From Eubacteriales bacterium (GTDB lineage: Bacteria; Bacillota; Clostridia; Oscillospirales; CAG-272): 51,805 nt of DNA. Below the pieces are notes generated by a model, which searched no databases, had not been told where the DNA came from, and saw only the letters and a list, made by a program, of their open reading frames with translations. The stretch spans positions 1-51,805 of the forward strand of contig JAZOLQ010000040.1 of the NCBI GenBank assembly GCA_045653185.1. Reading direction: 5' to 3'. The position numbers and the translations under genes were made by a program. This document shows, piece after piece, positions 45,996 through 51,805 of the stretch (positions are counted from its first letter, which is position 1; each line of letters starts with the position of its first letter).

Positions 45996-46675
45996 TCGTC
46001 ATATAAGAGATCGTTGACGCCGACGAAGCTATATCCTTGGTTTAGAAGCTCGGGAATTATTATCTTCAGCGCTTCATAAGTGTGAGCTCCGTGAGACACG
46101 TAGTCGTGCATCAGAATGATATCTCCGTTTTCTATATTGTTCAGTACGGTGGCAACTATCTGCTCGGCAGAAGCCTTTTCCCAATCGCGTGTGTCGATGC
46201 TCCAAAGGATCACGTCATACTTTTTTTCAAGGCATACCTTTTCTAGATGCTTGCCGAAAGAGCCTTCGGGAGGGCGGAGAAGCGTCGGCTTAATATTTGT
46301 GAAATCAGATATAGCCTTCTCGGTCATTTCAAGCTCTTTGCGAATGTCACCCTCGCTCATGTTAGATACGTTTTTGTGATGATAGGTATGATTTCCTATT
46401 TCGCAGCCGCTATCCAAGAGCTTTTTGAAGGCTTCGGGATAGTTCACAACATTCTGACCTATTACAAAAAAGGTGGCGGTGACCGAGTATTCATCAAGCA
46501 GATCGAGTATTTTGGGCGTGTATATCGGGTGTGGACCGTCGTCAAAGGTGAGAGCTACCTTCTTTTCCGCCGAGGCGTTTTTGGTAAATACGTTAACACT
46601 GCTTGCTCTGACGGGAAATGATGGCAGAAGGATAATTGCGAGGATAAGTGAAAAAGCCAAAATTCTTTTGAACAT
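45992..46675 (-). CDS. polysaccharide deacetylase (NodB domain), secreted
   Basis: Signal peptide, TFDDGP, and the HTYHH motif. Confidence 0.85.
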   Translation of the reverse strand: MFKRILAFSLILAIILLPSFPVRASSVNVFTKNASAEKKVALTFDDGPHPIYTPKILDLLDEYSVTATFFVIGQNVVNYPEAFKKLLDSGCEIGNHTYHHKNVSNMSEGDIRKELEMTEKAISDFTNIKPTLLRPPEGSFGKHLEKVCLEKKYDVILWSIDTRDWEKASAEQIVATVLNNIENGDIILMHDYVSHGAHTYEALKIIIPELLNQGYSFVGVNDLLYDE

Positions 46676-46679
46676 AGCT

Positions 46680-47468
46680 TTATTTTGCCGTCAGCTCGTC
46701 AAGAGTTCCAAATCTGAAGCCCTGAGATTTAAGCTCGCGTATAACGTCTCCAAGTATCTCGGCGTTGGTGGCAGAAGTGGGATGAAGCAGAATGACAGCT
46801 CCATTGTGGATATTATCAAATATCTTTTTTTTAGCGGCTTCGGCAGACATCTGCGCGGAATTATCCCAATCGGCGTAGGCAAAGCTCCAGAAAATAGTCT
46901 TATATCCAAGCTCTTTGGCGTATCCTAACGTAGCCTCGTTAAATCTTCCCTCGGGAGGTCTGTAATATTTGGACAATTCATATCCGACCTTTTCGCGATA
47001 TAGAGACTCAAGCGAGGAAAGCTCACGCTCAAATTCCTCTTTAGAGGCAACTTTTGTCATGTCATTGTGGCTGTTTGTGTGATTGCAGAGCAAGTGTCCC
47101 TCGTCAGCCATTCGCTTTACAAGCTCTGTGTTTTTTGATACCAAATTCCCTAAAATGAAGAAAGCACCCGTAACATTTTCTTGCTTCATAGTATCGAGGA
47201 TCTTTTCTAGGTTTCCGTTTTCATATCCCGCGTCAAATGTGAGGTATATTACCTTTTCCTCACAACCGTCTCCGTGCTTTTTATCTATATAGTAGCCTTC
47301 GAGATCTTCTATAAACTTCAGCTCGGGAGCGCATATTATCTGCTTGTGCTCCTTGTTTCTGGGACAATACCAGCTCAGAGCGCCCGAAGAAGCGGCTGTT
47401 GCTGTTTCTGAAAAAGAGAGTATAATAAAGATAACTGCGAAAAAAGAAAATATTCTTTTAAAAATCAT
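46680..47468 (-). CDS. polysaccharide deacetylase, PdaA-like (sporulation-type)
   Basis: I chose ATG 47468 (GGAGG, 9-nt spacing). Signal peptide, LTFDAGYENGN, and the NHTNSH motif. Confidence 0.8.
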   Translation of the reverse strand: MIFKRIFSFFAVIFIILSFSETATAASSGALSWYCPRNKEHKQIICAPELKFIEDLEGYYIDKKHGDGCEEKVIYLTFDAGYENGNLEKILDTMKQENVTGAFFILGNLVSKNTELVKRMADEGHLLCNHTNSHNDMTKVASKEEFERELSSLESLYREKVGYELSKYYRPPEGRFNEATLGYAKELGYKTIFWSFAYADWDNSAQMSAEAAKKKIFDNIHNGAVILLHPTSATNAEILGDVIRELKSQGFRFGTLDELTAK

Positions 47469-47651
47469 AGTTTCTATCCTCCTCGCATAAATTCTTTTTC
47501 GCAAAATTATTTTTTCTTGTTTTAGCTCGATGTAAACTTGAAAAATGTGTGAATTTTGTAATAGCGCGGAAGCTATTTTAAGAAAATATACTTGAAGAAA
47601 ACGCCAAAATGTGATAAAATAGTAATATAAAATCGAAAGGCGGTGGCTTTG

Positions 47652-48113
47652 ATGGCAGATGCTAAAAAAACTGCAAGCTCGCTTGAGAAAAAAGCGAAAA
47701 ACAAAGTAAAAAGAAAAGTCAGATCAAAGGCTAGATCAAAGGTAAAAAGAATACATCCGATGACATTTGTGATATGCTTTCTTTGCCTTGCGCTCGGTAT
47801 TGGAGCAGGTATTGGAGCGTACACGTATATTTGCAGAGACGATTGCTTCAGGCTCAAGGGAGAGAAAAATTACACACTTCCCGTAGGTACAGAAACTAAG
47901 TACTATGAAGACGAGGGCGTGAAAATAATCGAATTCGGTAAAAATATATCAAGAGAGGTTAAGGTGGAGACAAATCTTACCGAGACCGAAAGCGGCTCAT
48001 ATGCGGTAGATACCACAAAGCCGGGAGAATATTACATAATATACACGGTCGATTCGCCAAAATACGGCGATATACAGCGTGTGAGAACTATAACCGTTAA
48101 AGGAGAAGGCTGA
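47652..48113 (+). CDS. membrane-anchored protein with an Ig-like extracellular domain
   Basis: Lys-rich N-terminus, one TM helix (FVICFLCLALGIGAGIGAYTYI), then a beta-rich domain (GEYYIIYTVDSPKYGDIQRVRTITV). Confidence 0.55.
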   Translation: MADAKKTASSLEKKAKNKVKRKVRSKARSKVKRIHPMTFVICFLCLALGIGAGIGAYTYICRDDCFRLKGEKNYTLPVGTETKYYEDEGVKIIEFGKNISREVKVETNLTETESGSYAVDTTKPGEYYIIYTVDSPKYGDIQRVRTITVKGEG

Positions 48114-49204
48114 TGGCAAGAAAGAAGAAATTTTCAAAGGCTCTTACGGTGTTTTTGGCAATAGTTTGCTTCGCTGTCGGCGCGGCGGGAGGATTTTACG
48201 GATATTTCAAGTTGACTCTCCCGAACGATTCCGACACCTATGTAAGCGGCGATCTTGTAATCAATTTTATCGAGCTTGGAAATAAATATACAGGTGACTG
48301 TACCTACATAAAAGCGGGAGAGAACGATATACTTATCGATGCGGGCTCAAAGACCGCGAGCGTACCCACGATAGATGAGTTTTTAAGTGAGCACATCAGC
48401 GACGGAACGCTTGAATACGTAATCGTTACACACGCGCACGAGGACCATTACGCAGGCTTTGCTACCTCAGAGGACGCAGAAAGCCTTTTTGACCTTTACG
48501 AGTGCGAGGTGATAATAGATTTTTCACAGATAACACCGGAGAAAGCTAACCAAAAAATGTATAAGAATTATCTGCGTGAGCGCGACGCCGAGATAGAGGC
48601 GGGAGCGGTTCATTATACGGCGAGCGAGTGTATCAGTGAGGGTAAGAACAAATTTGATCTCGGCTCGGGTATAGAACTTGAGATACTTGACAGCTATTTC
48701 TATTATAACGTGGCAGAGAGTGAGAATGACCACTCTGTTTGCGCTATGATAAATCAAGGAGACAGACATTTTCTCTTTACAGGAGACCTTGAAAAAGAGG
48801 GTGAGGAGAAGCTTGTGGAGATGAACGAGCTTCCCGAGGTAACTCTTTATAAGGCGGGACACCATGGCTCAAAGACCTCCTCGAACGAGGTTTTGCTTGA
48901 GGTTATAAAGCCCGAGATAGTTTGTGTTTGCTGTTGCGCAGGAAGCTCCGAGTATTCTAAAAACTCAGGAAGTCAATTTCCTACACAGGCGTTTGTAGAC
49001 AGGATAGCGCCGTATACCGACAAGGTCTACGTGACCACGCTTTGCGTAGATTACGACAAAGACGACTTTACTTCTATGAACGGCAACATAAAGGTTATCT
49101 CCGGAGCTTCAAATGTGACGGTGAAGGGCAGTAACAACGATACCTTGCTAAAGGATACAAAATGGTTCAAGGAGTCGAGGACTTGTCCTAAGGATTGGAA
49201 ATAG
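48113..49204 (+). CDS. membrane-anchored MBL-fold hydrolase (ComEC C-terminal domain-like)
   Basis: TGATG overlap with the upstream gene. N-terminal TM helix, THAHEDH motif, FTGDLE, and YKAGHHGSKTS. Confidence 0.85.
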   Translation: MARKKKFSKALTVFLAIVCFAVGAAGGFYGYFKLTLPNDSDTYVSGDLVINFIELGNKYTGDCTYIKAGENDILIDAGSKTASVPTIDEFLSEHISDGTLEYVIVTHAHEDHYAGFATSEDAESLFDLYECEVIIDFSQITPEKANQKMYKNYLRERDAEIEAGAVHYTASECISEGKNKFDLGSGIELEILDSYFYYNVAESENDHSVCAMINQGDRHFLFTGDLEKEGEEKLVEMNELPEVTLYKAGHHGSKTSSNEVLLEVIKPEIVCVCCCAGSSEYSKNSGSQFPTQAFVDRIAPYTDKVYVTTLCVDYDKDDFTSMNGNIKVISGASNVTVKGSNNDTLLKDTKWFKESRTCPKDWK

Positions 49205-49219
49205 TATTACTTGAATAAC

Positions 49220-49254
49220 AAAAAAGCTCTGAGCTTTAAACTCAGAGCTTTTCG
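49220..49254. terminator. bidirectional terminator
   Basis: agctctgag/ctcagagct stem flanked by A- and T-runs. Confidence 0.75.
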
Positions 49255-49263
49255 TTTAATATT

Positions 49264-51805
49264 TTACGCTTTAAGCTTTTCAAGAGCGCTTACGACGCCC
49301 GCAAGATTTTCCTTGTATTTTTCAAGCTTTGCGCGCTCCGCGTCAACGACAGCCGCGGGAGCTTTTGCAACGAAACCTTCGTTTGCAAGCTTTTTGTCTA
49401 TTCTGTCTATCTCGCCGAGAAGCTTCTTGTGTTCAGCCTCAAGTCTTGCGATCTCCTTTTCGGTGTCAACAAGGTCGGAGAGGGGGAGGAAGATAGTTGC
49501 GGAATCGGTGATTATCTGGATCGTGTTATCCGCCTCGATAATACCGTCAAAGCTTTCGGCGACCTCGACCTCAGATGCCGAAGCGAGACGCTTGAAGAAT
49601 ACTGCGGAGAGATCGTTGAAGGACTCCTTATACTTTGTTGCAATATATACCTTTGCCTTGCGAGAGGGAACGACGTTCATCTCGTTGCGGCGTGCTCGGA
49701 TAGCCTTGATAGCCGATATAACTCTCGACATAGCCTCAGCATCACTCTCAAAGCAGAGAGAAGCGTCGTACTTGGGATATGCGGATATCATTATGCTCTC
49801 GTCGCTATGAGGCAAGGACTGATATATTTCCTCGGTAATAAAGGGCATAAAGGGGTGGAGAAGCTTGAGAGTTCCCGTAAGCACGTATGCGATAACGTTC
49901 TGAGCGGTGACATTCTCAGCTGTATCCTTTTCGGAAAGACGAGCCTTTGAGAGCTCGATGTACCAGTCGCAGAATACGTCCCAGGTGAAGTCGTAGACAG
50001 CCGCAAGCGCAACACCGACCTCAAACTTGTCAAGGGCTGTGGTTACGTTGTTTACGAGCTTGTTGAACTCGTTGAGTATCCACTTATCTTCCTGCGCAAG
50101 CTTTTCTGTCTCGGGGAGAGATATCTCGTCGATAGTAAGATTCATTCTAACGAAACGGGAAGCATTCCAGAGCTTGTTTGCAAAGTTTCTTGCCGCCTCG
50201 ATCTTCTCATCGGAGAAGCGCATATCGTTTCCGGGTGAGTTACCTGTTGCGAGCGCGTATCTGAGCGCGCCAGCGCCGTACTTATCAATTATTTCGAGGG
50301 GGTCGATTCCGTTTCCAAGAGATTTGGACATCTTGCGTCCCTGCGCGTCACGCACGAGACCGTGAATGAATACGGTAGAGAAGGGCTCTTTGTCCATATG
50401 CTCAAGACCCGAGAATATCATTCTTGCTACCCAGAAAAAGATAATGTCATATCCTGTAACATGAACGCTTGTGGGATAATATTTCTTAAGCTCCTCGGTC
50501 TCTTCGGGCCAACCGAGTCTAGAGAAGGGCCAAAGGGCAGACGAGAACCAGGTGTCAAGCACGTCGTATACCTGATGTACGGGAGCGCCGCACTTGGGAC
50601 ATACGCTGATATCTTCCTTGGATACAGTCATTTCTCCGCACTTGTCGCAGTAGAAGGCGGGAATTCTGTGTCCCCACCAGAGCTGGCGGGAGATACACCA
50701 GTCGTGTACGTTTTCCATCCAGTTTATATATGTCTTGCTGAAGCGTTCGGGCTCGAACTTAACTCTGCCGTCGCGAACGACTTCAAGCGCGGGCTTAGCC
50801 AAGGGCTCCATCTTTACGAACCACTGATTTGAGGTAAGAGGCTCGACCGTGGTTCTGCAACGGTAGCAAGAGCCAACGTTGTGAGCGTGGGGCACTGTTT
50901 TTATAAGATATCCAAGCTCCTCAAGGTCTTTAACAAGCGCCTTTCTGCACTCGTATCTGTCCATACCCTCGTATTTTCCCGCATAAGCGTTCATCGTTGC
51001 GTCGTCGTTCATAACCTTGATCTGCTCAAGAGAATGTCTCTGACCTACGAGAAAGTCGTTGGGGTCGTGAGCGGGAGTGATCTTAACGCAGCCCGTTCCA
51101 AAGCCTATCTCAACGTAATCGTCGGCAATAACAGGGATCTCTCTGTTTACGATGGGGAGAATGAGGGTCTTACCGATAAGGTGCTTTGTGCTCTCGTCCT
51201 CGGGGTTTACCGCGACGGCGGTATCTCCAAACATAGTTTCGGGACGTGTTGTAGCCACCTCAACGTATCCGTCCTCGCCCTTTATCGGATATTTTATGTG
51301 CCAGAAGAAGCCTTCCTGCTCGGAATACTCTACTTCGGCGTCGGAAAGAGCGGTTATACAGTGAGGACACCAGTTGATTATTCTGTTTCCGCGGTATATA
51401 AGTCCCTTGTCATAGAGATTTACAAAGACCTCACGGACAGCCTTTGAGCAGCCCTCATCCATTGTGAAGCGTTCACGGCTCCAGTCACACGAAGCGCCAA
51501 GCTTTTTGAGCTGGCTTATAATACGGTTTCCGTATTGATTTTTCCAGTCCCAGACTCTCTCAAGGAATTTTTCGCGTCCGAGGTCATAGCGAGTAAGTCC
51601 CTCGTTTACTCTGAGCTGTTCCTCAACCTTTATCTGTGTCGCGATACCTGCGTGGTCAGTGCCGGGTACCCAAAGTGTGTTATAGCCCTGCATTCTTTTG
51701 TAACGGACAAGGATATCCTGAAGTGTCTCGTCGAGCGCGTGACCCATATGGAGCTGACCCGTAACGTTTGGGGGCGGAATTACAACAGAGAAGTGAGGGG
51801 CGGGA
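49264..51805 (-). CDS. valS: valine--tRNA ligase (N-terminus outside window)
   Basis: The reading frame stays open to the window edge. It shows [12 protein letters not shown] (HIGH), KMSKS, and a C-terminal coiled coil. Confidence 0.95.
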   Translation of the reverse strand, partial: PAPHFSVVIPPPNVTGQLHMGHALDETLQDILVRYKRMQGYNTLWVPGTDHAGIATQIKVEEQLRVNEGLTRYDLGREKFLERVWDWKNQYGNRIISQLKKLGASCDWSRERFTMDEGCSKAVREVFVNLYDKGLIYRGNRIINWCPHCITALSDAEVEYSEQEGFFWHIKYPIKGEDGYVEVATTRPETMFGDTAVAVNPEDESTKHLIGKTLILPIVNREIPVIADDYVEIGFGTGCVKITPAHDPNDFLVGQRHSLEQIKVMNDDATMNAYAGKYEGMDRYECRKALVKDLEELGYLIKTVPHAHNVGSCYRCRTTVEPLTSNQWFVKMEPLAKPALEVVRDGRVKFEPERFSKTYINWMENVHDWCISRQLWWGHRIPAFYCDKCGEMTVSKEDISVCPKCGAPVHQVYDVLDTWFSSALWPFSRLGWPEETEELKKYYPTSVHVTGYDIIFFWVARMIFSGLEHMDKEPFSTVFIHGLVRDAQGRKMSKSLGNGIDPLEIIDKYGAGALRYALATGNSPGNDMRFSDEKIEAARNFANKLWNASRFVRMNLTIDEISLPETEKLAQEDKWILNEFNKLVNNVTTALDKFEVGVALAAVYDFTWDVFCDWYIELSKARLSEKDTAENVTAQNVIAYVLTGTLKLLHPFMPFITEEIYQSLPHSDESIMISAYPKYDASLCFESDAEAMSRVISAIKAIRARRNEMNVVPSRKAKVYIATKYKESFNDLSAVFFKRLASASEVEVAESFDGIIEADNTIQIITDSATIFLPLSDLVDTEKEIARLEAEHKKLLGEIDRIDKKLANEGFVAKAPAAVVDAERAKLEKYKENLAGVVSALEKLKA

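Noticed and set aside
1-51805. Search for CRISPR arrays, IS elements or transposases, integrases, prophage genes, toxin-antitoxin pairs and known defence-system genes.
   Set aside because: I saw no regularly spaced direct repeats, terminal inverted repeats or recombinase/transposase-like ORFs. The window reads as a conserved core chromosome.

Overview
This is a 51.8-kb chromosomal segment from what looks like a spore-forming Firmicute, probably a Clostridia-type organism. The taxonomic guess rests on spoVT, PdaA-type deacetylases, a SigH-like sigma factor, GGAGG-type ribosome binding sites and many near-consensus TTGACA-17-TATAAT promoters. I call about 50 CDS on both strands, almost all housekeeping.

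Gene content, in window order:
- rpmF (3' end), dut
- an ABC-2 exporter with a LytTR/DUF3021 pair
- a yihY-like gene and tRNA-Glu(CUC)
- a nucleoside-catabolism operon (HD protein, deoD, deoB, cdd, membrane protein)
- glgCD
- folT-folC behind a THF-I riboswitch
- hom
- DUF4364, a SigH-like sigma factor and a zinc-ribbon protein
- a cysteine desulfurase/DUF3343 pair divergent from cysK
- rnhA, family-4 UDG, mgtE
- ylxM-ffh-rpsP-KH
- an EamA transporter
- potA-potB-potC::potD
- an M50 protease
- two GT-C-like membrane proteins
- an orphan PTS EIIC_2
- feoAB, an AAC(3)-family acetyltransferase, spoVT
- metY-metA
- two polysaccharide deacetylases
- an Ig-like protein coupled to a ComEC-type MBL hydrolase
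- valS (5' end outside the window)

I found no transposase, integrase, CRISPR array, prophage or recognisable defence genes. I do not see a convincing novel multi-gene system.

The best leads are:
1. A catalytically dead Enzyme I (PtsI)-like paralog at 1509-2852.
2. A structured ~200-nt intergenic region next to tRNA-Glu (7201-7431). It holds an inverted tRNA-Glu-like fragment and mutually exclusive hairpins.
3. A PotC-PotD fusion protein.
4. A receiver-less LytTR/DUF3021 pair attached to an ABC-2 exporter.
5. A folT THF riboswitch with an SD-sequestering helix.

All functional calls come from reading motifs by eye. No database search was possible.
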